DNA from: the human T2T-CHM13v2.0 reference genome, Homo sapiens
Direction: 5' to 3' (one strand)
DNA: 64,000 nt
Assembly (NCBI RefSeq): GCF_009914755.1
Contig: NC_060931.1
Shown: positions 1 to 27,000 of the stretch, in pieces
Layout of the letters: every line of letters starts with the position of its first letter
Numbering within the stretch: position 1 is the stretch's first letter
The notes under the pieces: generated by a model
The model's database searches: none
Seen by the model: the letters and a program-made list of their open reading frames with translations, nothing else
What the model was told of the DNA's origin: nothing
Position numbers and translations under genes: made by a program

Positions 1-3000
1 GGTGAAAAATCTTCGGATAAATACTAGAAATAAGTGTTCTGAGAAACTGTTTTGTGATGTGTGCATTAGTCTCTCAGAGTCAAAACTTTCATTTGACTGA
101 GCAGTTTGGAAACACTATCTTTGTAGAGTCTGTGAAGGGATAGTAGGAAGCACATTGAGGCCAAGGTGAAAAACGAAATATCTTCAGAGAAAAACTAGAG
201 AGAGGGTTTCAGAGAAACTACTTTGTGATGTCTGCATTCATCTCACAGCATTAAAACATTCTTTTGAATGAGCAGCTTGGAAACACTGTTTTTGTAGAAT
301 CTGCAAAGGGGAGTGATTTGAGGCCTATGTTGAAAAAAGAAATGTCTTCAGTTAAAAACAAGACAGAAGTTTTCTGAGAAACTGCTTTGGGAGGAGTGCA
401 TTCATCTCCTACAGTTAAGCCTTTCTTTTGATGAAGCAGTTTGGAAAAACTGTCTTTGTACCATCTGCAAAGGGATATTTTGCAGTGCTTTGAGGCCTAT
501 GTGGAAAAAGGAAATAGCTTCAGACAAAAATTAGAAAGATTCTGAGACATGGCTTTGTGATGTGTGCATTCAGCTCACAATTATAAACCTTTCTTGTAAT
601 TGAGCAGTTTAGAATCTCTGTTTTTGTAGAATCTGCAAAGGTATATTTGGGAGGGCATCAAGGCCTACGGTGGAAAAGGAAATACATTCAGATAAAAACT
701 AAAAAGAAGCATTAGGAGAAACTGCTTTGTGATGTTTGCATTCATTTCACAGCGATAAAACTTTCTTTTGGTTTAGCAGTTTTGAAATAGTGTTTTTGTA
801 GATTCTATGAAGGGATATGAGAGCACACTGAGGCCTGTGCTGAGAAAGGAAATATCTTCAGATAAAAATTAGAAAGAAGCTTTCTGCAAACTTCTCTGTG
901 ATGTGTGTCTTCCCCTCACAGATGTAAAACTTTCTTTGATTTAGGAGTTTGGAAACAGTGTTTTTGTAGATCTGTGAAGAGATATTAGGGAACGCATTGA
1001 GGCCTATGGTGAAAATGTTAATGTGTTCAGGTAAAAACTAGAAAGAACGTTTCTAAGACAATGCTTTGTTAAGTGTGCATTTATATCACAGAGTCAAAAC
1101 TTTCTTTTGATTGAGAAGTTTGGAAACACTCCTTTTGAAGAATCTGTGAAGGAATATTTGGGAGCAAATGGAGGCCTATGCTGAAAAAGGAAATATCTAC
1201 AGATAAAAACTAGAAAAAAGATTTCTGAGAAACTGCTTTGTGATGTGAGCATTCATCTCACAGAATTAAAGCTTTTACTTGATTGAGCAGATTGGAAACA
1301 TTGTTTTTGTAGTATCTGCAAAGAGATATTTTTGAGCCCTTCAATGCCTATGGTGTTTAAATCTCACAGAGTTAAACATTTCTTTTGATTGAACAGTTTG
1401 GAAACACTGTTTTTGTAGAATCTGTGAAGGGATATTTGAGAGCTCATTGAGGCCTATGGAGAAAAAGGAAATACCTTCAAATAAAAACTACAAAAGTTTT
1501 TCTGAGATACTGCTTAGTGATGTGTACATACATCTCACAGAGGTAAACCTCTCTTTTGATTGAGCAGTTTGGAAACACTGTTTTTGTAGAATCTGCAAAG
1601 GGATATTTGGGAGCGCATTGAGGCCCACTCTGAAAAGGGAAATATCATCAAGTAAAAACTACAAAGAAAGTTTCTGAGAAACTGCTTTGTGATGTGTGCA
1701 TTTATCTCACAGAGTTAAACCTTTCTTTTGATTGAGCAGACTGCAAACACTGTTTTTGTAGAATCTGCGAAGGAATATTTGGGAGTGCACTGAGAATTAT
1801 GGTGAAAAAGGAAATATCTTCTGATAAAAACTAGAAAGAAGCTTTCTGAGAAACTGCTTAGTCATGAGTGCATTCATCTCACAAAGTTAAACCTTTCTTT
1901 TGATTGATCAGTTTGGAAAGACTGTTTTTGAGGAATTTGTGAAGGGATATTTGGGAGGACATTGAGGCCTATGCTGTTAAAGGAAATATCTTCAGATAAA
2001 AACTAGAAAGAAGCTTTCTGAGAAACTGCTTTGTGATGTGTACATTCATCTCACAGAGTTAAAACTTTCTGTTGAATGAGCAGTTTGGAAATACTGTTTT
2101 TGTATAATATGGGAAGTGATGATTGGTAGTGCAAAAAGGCCTATGGTGAAACAGGAAATATCTTCAAAAAAAAAAACTGGAAAGCAGCTTTCTGAGGCAC
2201 TGATTTGTGATGTGGACATTCATTTCACAGTGTTAAATCTTTCCTTTGATGGTGCCATTTGGAAACAGCCTTTCAGCAGGATCTGTGAAGGGTCATTTGG
2301 GAGTGAATTGAGGCCAATGGAGAAAAAGGAAATAACTCCAAGTAAAAACTAGAAAGTTGCATTCTGAGAAACTATTTTGACATGCGTGCATTCATCTCAC
2401 AGAGTTAAACCTTTCTTTGGTGAACCAGTTTGGAAACACCGTTTTGGTAGAATCTGCGAAGAGGTATTTGGGAGTGCACAGAGGCCTGGGGGAAATAGGA
2501 AATAACTTTGGATAAAAACTACAAAGAAGCCTTTTGAGAAACCACTTTGTGATGTGTGCATTCTTCTCACAGATTTAAATGTTTCTTTTGATTGATCAGT
2601 TTGGAAATATTGTTTTTGGAGAATGTGTGAAGGGATATTTAGAAGCACATTTAGGCCTATGGTGAAAAAGGAAATATATTCAGATATAAACTAGAAAGAA
2701 GTATTTTGAGAAACTTTTTTGTGATGTTTGCATTCATCTCACAGAGGTAAACCTATCTTTTGAATGATCAGTTTGGAAACAGTGTTTTTGTACAAACTGT
2801 GAATGGATATTTGGGAACTCACGAGGCCTATGGTGAAAAAGAAAATAACTTCTGATAAAAACTTAAAAGAAGCTTTCTGAGAAACCTCTTTTGGATGTGT
2901 GACTTCTTCTCACAGAGATAAATGTTTCTTTTCATTGAGCAGTTTGGAAACACTGGTTTTGTAGATTCTGCAAAGGTATATTTGGGAGTGCACCAAGGCC

Positions 3001-6000
3001 TATGTTGAAAAAGGAAATATCTTTGGATAAAATCCAGGAAAAAGCTTTTTGTGAAATTGCTTTGTGATGTGTGCATTCAACTCACAGAGTTAAGCCTGTT
3101 TTTTGGTTTAGCATTTTGGAAACACTGTTTTAGTAGAATCTGTAATGGGTATTTTGGAGTGCATTGAAGCCTGTAGTGATAAGCAAAATATCTTCAGATA
3201 AAAACTAGAAAAGAGATGTTTGAGAAACTGCTTTGTGATGTGTGCATTCACCTTACAGAGGTAAACCTTTCTTTTGACTGAGCAGATTGGAATCTCTGTT
3301 TTTGCAATATCTGAGAAGCGATAATAGATAGTGCGAAAAAGGCTATGGTGAAAAAGGAAATATCATCAGATAAAAATTGGAAAGAAGCATTGTGAGAAAC
3401 TGATTTCTGACGTGTGCAATAATCTCACAGTGTTAAGTCCTTCTTTTGATGTAACAGTTTGGAAACACTGTTATTTAGAATGTGTGAAGGGATATTTGGG
3501 AGCTCATTGAGGCCTATGGGGGAAAATTAAATATCTTCAGAGAAGAATTAGATAGAAGCATTCTCAGAAACTGCTTTGTGATGTGTGCATTCATCTCACA
3601 GAGGTAAACCTGTTTTTTGATTCAGCAGTTTGGAAACACTGTTTTTGTAGAATATGCGATGGGATATTTGGAAGCACATTGAAGCCTATTGTGATAAAGG
3701 GAATACCTTTGCATAAAAACTACAAAGAAGCTTTTTGAGAGACTGCTTTCTGATGTGTGCATTCATTTCCCAGAGTTAAGCCTTTCTGTTGACTGAGAAG
3801 TTTTGGAAACGCTGTTTTTGTGAAATCTGCAATATTAGATAGCACAATAAATCCTATGGTGAAAAAGAAAATATCTTCAGATAAAAACTGGAGAAAAGCA
3901 TTATGAGGAACTGCTCTCTGATGTGTGCATTCATCTCACCGAGTTAATACCTTCTTTTGATGGAATAGTTTCAAAACACTGTCTTTGTAGAATCTCCAAA
4001 GGGATATTAGGGAGTGTATTGAGGCCTATGCTTTAAAAGGAAATATCCTGAGAAGAACTAGACAGAAACTTTCTGGGAAAGTGCTTTGTGATGGGTGCAT
4101 TCATCTCACAGAGTTAAACCTTTCTTTTGATTGAGCAGTTTGGAAACACTGTTTTTGTAGAATCTGAGAAGGGACATTTAGGAGCGCATTGAATCCTGAC
4201 ATGGAAAAGGAAATATCTTCAGAGAATAACTAGACAGAAGCTTTCTGAGAAACTGCTTTGTGATATGTGCTTTCACCTAACAGAGTTAAACCTTTCTATT
4301 GATTGAGCAGTTTAGAAACACAGTGTTTTTAAAAACTGCAAAGGTATATTTGAGAGAGCACTGTTGCCTATTGTGAAAAAGGAAACATCTTTGGCTAAAA
4401 ACAGAATGCAACTTTTTGTGAAACTACTTGGTGAAGTGTGCATTTAACTCACAGTGTTAAACCTCTTTTTTTAATTGAGCACTTTGTAAACACTGTTTTC
4501 GTAGAATCTGCAAAGGGATATTTGGGAGTGCATTGAAACCTATTGTGATAAAGAAAATATCTTCAGACACAAACTAGACAGAAGCTTTTTGAGAAACTGC
4601 CTTGTAATGTGTGCATTCGTCTCACAAAATTATACCTTTCTTATGAGTGAGTAGTTTGGAAACGATGTTTTTGCTAAATCTGCAAAGTGACATTTGGTTG
4701 CACAAAAAAGCCAATGGTGAAAAAGGAAATATCTTCACATAAAAACTGGACAGAAGCATTATGAGAAATGGCTCTCAAATATATGCGTTCATCTCACAGA
4801 GTTAAATCATTCTTTTGATAAAATAGTTTGGAAACACTGTTTTTGTAGAAACTGCAAAGGGATATTTGGGCGTGCATTGAATCCTGTGGTGGAAAAGGAA
4901 ATATCTTCAGAGAAAAACTAGAAAGAAGCTTTCTGAGAAACTGCTTTGGGATAAGTATATTCATCTCACAGAGTTACATCTTTTTTGTGTTTGAGGAGTT
5001 TGGAAACACTGTTTTTGTAGAGTCTGTGAAGGGATATTTGGGAGCTCATTGAAGCCTATGGTGAAAAAGGAAATAACTTCGGATAAAAACAGCAAAGAAG
5101 TGTTATGAGAAACTGCTTTCTGATATGGGCATTCATCTCACTGAGTTAAGTCCTTCTTTTGATGGAACAGTTTGGAAACACAGTTTTTGTAGAATCTGCA
5201 ATGGGATATTTGGGCACGCACTGAGGTCTATCTTGGAAATGGAAATATCTTCAGAGAAGAACTAGACAGAAGCTTCCTGAGAAACCGCTTTGTGATGCGT
5301 ACATTCGTGTGACAGAGTTAAAGCTTTCTTTTGATTGATCAGTTTGGAAATACGGTTTTTGAAGGACCTGCAAGGGATATTTTGGAGCACACGAGGTCTC
5401 TTGTGAAAAGGGAAATAACTTCAGATAAAAACCACAAAGAAGCTTTCTGAGAAACCATTTTGTTATGTGTGCATTCCTCTCACAGAGTTAAACGTTTCTT
5501 TTGATTGAACGGTTTGGAAACAGTTTGGAAGCAGTTTTTGTAGTGTTTTTTTGAAGCACTGTTTTTGATGGAACAGTTTGGAAACACTATTTTTGTAGAA
5601 TCTGCAAAGGGATATTAGCAAGCACACTAAGCCTATGGGGAAAAAGGAAACATCTTCAGATAAAAACTAGAAAGAAACTTTTCCAAATACTGCTTTGTGA
5701 TGTGTGCATTCATCTCACAGAGTTAAATTTTTCTTCTGACTGAGCAGTTTGGAAACACTGTTTTTGTATAATCTGCAAAGCGATGTTCTGTAGTGCAAAA
5801 AGGCCTATGATGAACAAGGAAATATCTTCAGATAAAAACTGGAATGAAACATTATGAGAAACTGCTTTCTGATGTGTACATTCATCTCATTGAGTTAAAT
5901 CCTTCTTTAGATGAAACAGTTTGGAAACACTGTTTTTATAGAATTTGTATAGGGATATTTCTGAGGGCATTGAAGTTTATGGTGGAAAAGGAAATATCTT

Positions 6001-9000
6001 CAGAGAAAAACTTGACAGAAGCTATGTGAGAAACTGCTTTGTGATGCATGCATTCATCACCCAGAGTTAAAACTTTTTTTTGATTGAAGCGTTTGGAATC
6101 ACTGTTTCTGTAGAATCTGCAAAGGTATATTTGGGAGCACACAGAGACCTATGGTTTAAAAGGAAATATGTTCAGTTAAAAACTAGAGAGAAGGTTTTTG
6201 AGAAACTGCTTCCTGATGTGTGCGTTCATCTCACAGAGTTGAGTCCTTCTTTTGATTGAGCAGTTGGAAACCCTGATTTTGTAGAATCTGCAGATGTGTA
6301 TTTGGGAGCTCACTGAGGCCTATGAAGAAAAAGAAAATATCTTCAGATAAAAACTAGAAAGAAACATTTGTGAAACTGCTTTGTGATATGTGCATTCAAC
6401 TGACAGTGTTAAACCTGTTTTTGATTGAGCAGTTTAGAAACAGTACTTTTGTAGAATCTCTGATGGGATATTTGGGAGCCCATTGAAGCCTGTGGTGAAA
6501 AAGGAAATATCTTTGGATAAAAACTAGAAAGAAGATATTGAGGAATTGCTTTGTGATGTGTGCATTCATTTCACAGAGTTAAACCTTTGATTTGAATGAG
6601 CAGTTTGGAAACACTGTTTCTGTGAAATATACAAAGCAATACTAGGTTGCACAAAAAAACCTATTGTGAACAAGGAAATATCTTCAGATAAATACTGGAA
6701 GGAAGCTTTATGAGAAGCTGCTTTCTGATGTATGCGTTCATCTCATTGAGTGAAGTCCTTCTTTTGATGGAGCTGTTTCAAAACACTGTTTTTGTATAAT
6801 CTGAGAAGGGATATTAGGGAGCATATTGAGGCCAGGAAACATCTTCGTAGGAGAACAAGGTGAAACCTTTATGAGAAACTGTGTTGTGATGTTTGCATTC
6901 ATCTCAAAGAATTAACCCTTTCTATTGATTGAGCAGTTTGGAAACACTCTTGTTGTAAAATCTGCAAAGCGATGTTAGGTAGCACAAAAGAGGCCTATGG
7001 TGAACAAGGAAATGTCTTCATATAAAAACTGGAAAAACCTTTATGAGAAACTGCTTTCTGATGTGTGCATTTATCTCACAGCATTAAATCCTTCTTTTGA
7101 TGGAACAGTTCAGAAACAATGATTTTACAGATTCTGCGGAGGGATATTTGGGATCACCTTCAGGCCTAATGTGACAAAGGAAATATCTTCAGAGGGGAAC
7201 GAGACAGAAGCTATCTGAGAAAGTGTCTTGTGATGTGTGCATTCATATCACAGAGCTAAACCTTTCTTTTGGTTGATCAGTTAGGAAATACTGTTATTTT
7301 AGAATCTGTGAGGGATAATTTGTAGGGCATGAGTCCTATGGTGAAAAAGGAAATAACTTCAGATAAAAATAGAAAGAATCTTTCTGATAAACAACTTTGT
7401 GATGTGTGCATTCTTCTCACAGAGTTAAATGTTTCTTTTGATTGAGCAGTTTGGAAACACTGTTTTTGTACAATCTGCAAAGGGATATTTGTGAGTACAC
7501 TGATGCCTATGGTGAAAAAGGAAATATCTTCCGATAAAAACTAGAAAATAGCTTTTAGATAAACAGCTTTGTGATGTGTGCATTCATCTCAGCGAGTTAA
7601 ACTTTTCTGTTGACTGAGCAGTTTGGAAACACTGTTTTTGTATATTCTGCAAAGTGATGTTAGGTAGTACAAAAAGCCTATGGTGGAAAACAAATATCTT
7701 CAGATAAAAACTGGAAAGAAGTGTTACGAGAAACTTCTTTCTGATGTGTGCATTCATCCAGACGTAAATCCTTCTTTTGATTTAACAGCTCAGAAACACT
7801 TTTTTTACTGAATCTGGGAAGGGATATTTGGGAGCACATCGAGGCCTACAGTGAAAAGGAAGTATCTTCAGAGAAGAACTAGTCAGAAGCTATCTGAGAA
7901 AATGCTTTGGGATGTGTGCACTCATCGCACAGAGTTAAACCTTTCTTTTGATTCAGCAATTTGGAAACACTGTTTTTGTAGAATCTGCATAGGTATACTT
8001 GGGAGTGCAATGAGGCCTATGGTGAAAAAGGAAATATATTCAGATAAAAAAAGAAATAAGTTTTTTGAGAAACTGCTGTGTGATGTGTGAGTACAACTCA
8101 CAGAGTTAAACCTGTTTTTTGATAGAGCAGTTTGGAAAAACTATTTTTGTATAGTCTGCGAAGCAATGTTAGGTAGCACAAAAAGGAGTATGGTGAACAA
8201 GGAAATATCTTCAGATGAAAAGAGAAAAGAAGCATTCTGAGAAACTGCTTTCTCATGAGTGCATTAATCTCACAGATTTAATTCCTTCTTTTGATGGAAG
8301 AGTTCAGAAACACTGTTGTTATGGAATCTGCGAAGGGATGTTTGGGAGCCCATTGAGGCCTATTGTGGAAAAGGAAATATCTTCAGAGAAGAACTAGATA
8401 GAAGCTATTTGGGAAACTGCTTTGATGTGTGCACCCATTTCACAGAGTTAAATTTTTCCATTGATTGAGCAGTTTGGAAACACTGTTTTTGTAGAGTCTG
8501 CAAAAGTATATTTTACAGCGCACTGAGTCCTATGGTGAAAAAGGAAATATCTTCTTGTAGAAACAAGAAAAACGCTTTTTGAGACATTGCTTTGTGAGGT
8601 GTGCATCCAGCTCACAGAGTTAAACCTATGCTTTGATTGAGGAGTTTGGAAACACTTTTTGTAGAATTGGTGATGGGATATTTGGGAATGTGTTTAAGCT
8701 ATGGTGATAAAGGAAATAACTTCAGATAAAAACTAGAAAGAAGCTTTTTCAGAAACTGCTTTGTGATGTGTGCATTCATCTCACAGAGTTAAACATTGCT
8801 TTTGATTGAGCAGTTTGGAAATACTTTTTTTTTACAGGATCTGTGAAGGATACTGTGGAGCCCATTGAGGCCTATTGTGAAAAGGGAAATATCTTTGGAT
8901 AAAAAGTTAAAAGAAACTTTTTGAAAAAGTGCTTTGTAATGTATGAACTCATCTCACAGAGCTAAACTTTTCTTTTCACTGAACACTTTGGAAAAAACTG

Positions 9001-12000
9001 TTTTTGTGTAATCTGTGAAGCAATGCTACGTAGCGCAAAAATGCCTAGGGTGAACAAGGAAATGTCTTCAGATAAAACTGGAAAGAAGCGTTATGAGAAA
9101 CTGTTTTCTAATTTGTGCATTCATCCCACAGATTTAAGTCCTTCTTTTGATGGAACAGTTCAGAAGCACTGTTTTTATAGAATCTGCAAAGGGATAATTG
9201 GGAGCACATTGAGGCCTATGGTGGAAAAGGAAATATCTTCACAGAAGAACTAGACAGAAGCTATTTGATAAACTGCCTTGTGATGAGTGCATTCATGTCA
9301 AAGAGGTAAACCATTCTTTTGATTGATCAGTTTGGAAACACTGTGTTTGTAGAATCTGCAAAGGGATATTCTGGAGGGCAGTGAGGCCTATGTTGAAAAA
9401 GATAATACCTTTGGATTAAAACTTGAAAGAAGCTTTTTGAGTAACTGCTTTGTGATGTGTGCATTCAACAAACAGATAAACCTGGTTTTTGTTTGAGTAA
9501 TTTGGAAACACTGTTTTTGTATATCCTGTGATGGGATATTTGGGAGTGCATTAAAGCCTATGGTGATTAAGAAAATAACTTCAGATAAAAACTAGAAAGA
9601 AGCTTTTTGAGAAAATGCTTTGTGATGTGTGCATTCACCTCACAGAATGAAATCTTTCTTTTGACTGAGTAGCTTGGAAGCCCTGTTTTTGCAAAACGTG
9701 TGAAGCGATATTATGTAGTGCAGAAAAGCCTATGATGGAAAAGGAACTATCTTCAGATAAAAACTGGAAAGAAGCATTATGAGAAACTGCTTTCTGATGT
9801 GTACATTCATCTCACAGAGTTAAGTTCTTCTTTTGATGGAAAAATTTGGAAACACTGTTTTTGAAGACTCTGCACAGGGATATTTGCAAGCACATTGAGG
9901 CCTATGGTGTAAAAGGAAATATCATCAGAGAAGAACTAGACAGAATCTTTCTGAGAAACTGCTTTGTGATGTGTGCGTTCATCTCACAGAGTTAAATCTT
10001 TCTTTTGACTGAGCAGTTTGGAAACACTGTTTTTGGAAAATCTGTGAAGTGATTTTTGCTAGTGCAAAACAGCCTGTGGTGAACAAGGAAATTTCTTCAG
10101 ATAAAAACCAGAAAGAATGTATTGAGAAACTGCTTTCTGATGTGTGCATTCATCTCACATAGTTAAATGCTTCTTTTCAAGGAACTGTTCACGAACACCT
10201 TTTATAGAAACTGCAAAGGGATATTTGGGAGCACATTGAGGCCTAGGGTGGAAAAAGAAATATCTTCAGAGAAGAACTACTCAGAAGCTATCTGAGAATC
10301 TGCTCTGGGAGGTGTGCATTCATCTCATAGAGTTAAAACTTTCATTTCATTCAGAAGTTTGGAAACACTGTTTTTGTAGAATCTGCAAATGTATATTTGG
10401 GAGTGCACTGAGGCATATGGTGAAAAAGGAAATATATTCCATGAAAAACTAGAAAGGAGGTTTTTGAGAAAATTCTTTGTGACGAGTGCGTTCAACTCAC
10501 AGAGTTAAATTTCTTTTTTGATTGAGCAATTTGCAAACTATTTTTGTAGAATCTGTGATGAGATACTTTGGAGCCCATTGAAACCTACGTTGTTAAAGAA
10601 AATATCATTCTATACAAAACGGAAAGAAGCGTTTTGAGAAACTGCTTTGTGATGTGTGCATTCATCTCACAGAGTTAAACCTTTCTTTTTATGTGGCAGC
10701 TTGTAAACACTGTTTTTGCAATATCTGTGAAGCAATATTAGGTAACACAAGAAAGCCTATGGTGAACAAAGAAATATCTTCAGATAAAAAAATGGAAAGA
10801 AGCATTATGAGAAACTGATTTCTGATGTGTACATTCATCTCACACACTTAAATCCTTCTGTTGATGGAACAGTTCAGAAAAACTGTTTTTATAGAAACTG
10901 TGAAGGGATATTTCAAAGTGTATTTAAGCATACGATGGAAAAGGAAATATATTAAGAGAAAGAACTAGACAGAAGCATTCTGAGATACTGCTTTGTTTTG
11001 TGTGCATTCATCTCAGAGAGTTAAACCTTTCTTTTGATCGAGCAGTTTGGAAACACCATTTTTGTAGGTTCTGCAAGGGATAATTGCGATCTCATTTAAG
11101 CCTATGCTGAAAAAGGAAATATCTTCGGATTAAAAACTAGAAAGAATATTTTTGAGAAACTGCTTTGTGATGTGTGCATTCATCTCAAGGAGTTAAGCCT
11201 CTCTTTTGATTGATCAGTTTGAAAACACTGTTTATGTAGAATGTACCAAGGGATATTTGGGAGCCCCTGAGGCCTATGGGAAAGAAGGAAATAACTTCAG
11301 ATAAAAACTAGAAAGAAGCTTTCTGAGAAACCGCTTTATGATAAGTGCATTCTTCTCACATAGTTCAACGTTTCTTCTGATTGAGCAGTTTGGAAGCACT
11401 GTTTTTTTAGAATCTGCAAAGGGATATTTGGGCTCACATTGAAACCTATGGTGATATAGGAAATATTTTCAGAGAAAAACTAGAAAGAAGCTTTTTGATA
11501 ATCTGGTTTGTGATGTGTGCATTCATCTCACAGAGTTAAACTGAGGAGTTTGGAAACATTGTTTTTCCAAAATCTGTGAAGTGATATTTTTAGTGAAAAA
11601 GCCTATAGTGAATAAGGAAATGTCTTCAGATAAAAACTAGAAAGAAGCATTACGAGAAACTGCTTTCTGATGTCTGCATTCTCCTAACCGAGTTAAGTCT
11701 TTCTTTTGATCGAAAAGTTTGTAAACACTGTGTTTGTCAAATCTGCGAAGGGGTATTTTGGAGCTCAATGAAGCCTATGGTTAAAAAGGAATTATCTTCA
11801 GAAAAATACTCAAAAGAAACATTTTGAGAAACTGGGTTTTGATGTGTGCATTCATCTCACAGAGTTAAACCTTTCCTTCGATGGATCACTTTGGAAACAC
11901 TGTTTTTGTAGAATCTGGGAAGGGATATTTAGGAGCACTTGAGGCCTATGGGGAAAAGGAAATTACTTCAGATAAAAAAGAGAAAGAGGAATTCTGAGAA

Positions 12001-12480
12001 GCCACTTTGTGATGTGTGAATTCTTCTCACAGTTTTTAACGTTTCTTTTGATTGAGTGGTTTGGAGACAGTGTTTCTGGTGGCATCTTCAAAGGGATATT
12101 TGGGAGTGCACTGATGCCTATGGTGTTAAAGGAAATATCTTCAGATAAAAACTAGAAAGTGGTTTTTGAGAAACAGCTCTGTGATGCATGCATTCATCTT
12201 ACAGAGTTTAATCTTTCTTTTGATAGAGTAGTTTGGAAAACTCTTTTTGCAAAAACAATGAAGCGAAATTTGGTAGCACAAAATAACATACGGTGAAAAT
12301 GAAATATCTTCAAATAAAAACCGGAAAGAAGCGTTATGAGAAACTGATTTCTGATGTGTGACTCATCTCACAGAATTAAATCCTTCTTTTGATGGAACAG
12401 TTCAGAAACAATGTTTTTTTAGGAGCACATGGAGTCCTATGGTCAAAATGTAATATCTTCAGAAACGAACTAGACAGAAG
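1..12480 (+). repeat. Alpha satellite, divergent monomeric block 1 (probably the oldest layer)
   Basis: Tandem ~171-172 bp units with GAGAAACTGCTTTGTGATGTGTGCATTCATCTCACAGAGTTAAAC...GCAGTTTGGAAACACTG. Block-specific words: GAGTTAAAC, AACACTGTTTTTG, GGGAGCGCATTGAGG, CTTCAGATAAAAAC. The right boundary is approximate (+/-150 bp). Confidence 0.95.
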
Positions 12481-13679
12481 GTTTCTGAGAAATTGCTTTG
12501 TGAGGTGTGCATTCATCTCACAGAGTTTTTCCATTCTTTTCATTGAGCAGTATGGAAACAGTCTTTTTGTAGTATCTACAAAGACATATTTGGGAGAAAT
12601 TTGATATCTATGGTGAAAAAGGAAATATATTCACATAAAAACTAGAAAGAAGCTTTCTGAGAAATAGCTTTCTGATGTATGCATTCATCTAACAGAAGTA
12701 AACGTTTCTTTCCATTGAGCAACTTAGAAATTCTGTGCTTCATGAATCTGTAAAGGGATATTTGTGAGTGCTTTGGGGCCAATGATGAAAAAGGAAATAT
12801 CTTCACAGAAAACCTAGACAGAAGCATTCTGAGAAACTTCTTTGTGATGTGTGCATTCATCTCACAGAGTTGAACCATTCTTTTGTTTGAGAAGATTTGA
12901 AACACTCTATTTGAAGAATCTGCAAGTGGATATTTGGAGTGCTTTGAGGCCTATGCCGGAAAAGGGAATATCTTCACATAAAAACTAGACAGAAGCATTC
13001 TGAGAAACTACTTTTTGATGTGTTCTTTTCTCTCACCGAGTTGAACCATTCTTTTGGTGGAGGAGTTTGGAAACAGTCTTTTTGTAGTATCTGGAAAGGG
13101 GTATTAGGTATACGTTGAGGTCTATGGTGAAAAAGGAAATATCTTCACATAAAAAGAAGACAGAAGCTATCTGAGAAACTGCTTAGTGATGTGTGCATTC
13201 ATCTAACAGAGTTGAAACTTTCTTTTCATTGAGCACTTTGGAACCAGTCTTTTTGTAGAGTCTGCAAAGGGATATTTGTGAGCCCTTTGAGGCCTATGGA
13301 GAAAAAGGAAATATCTTCACATGAAAACTAGAAAGAAGCTTTCTGAGAAACTGCTTTGTGATGTGGTCGTTCCTCTCACAGAACTAAACATTTCCTTTCA
13401 TTGAGGAGTTTGGAAATTCTGTTCTTGGAGAAACTGCAAAGGGATATTTGTGAGAGCTTTGAGGACTATGGTGAAAAAGGAAATATCTTCACATAAAAAA
13501 TAGGCAGAAGCTTTCTGAGAAACTACTTTGTGATGTGTGCATTCATCTCACAGAGCTGACCCATTCTTTTGATTGAGCAGTTTGGAAAAATCTTTTTGTA
13601 GAATCTGCAAAATGATATTTGGGAGTGCATTAAGGCCTATGTTGAAAAAGGAAATATCTTCACATAAAAAATAGAAAGA
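12481..13679 (+). repeat. Alpha satellite, monomeric block 2 (left of Alu)
   Basis: Diagnostic words switch to GAGTTGAAC, AACAGTCTTTTTG, ATTTGTGAG and CTTCACATAAAAAC. Confidence 0.93.
13666..13679 (+). repeat. Left target-site duplication of Alu (AAAAAATAGAAAGA)
   Basis: The same 14-mer recurs at 13965-13978, overlapping the short A tail. Confidence 0.9.
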
Positions 13680-27000
<13,321 letters not shown>

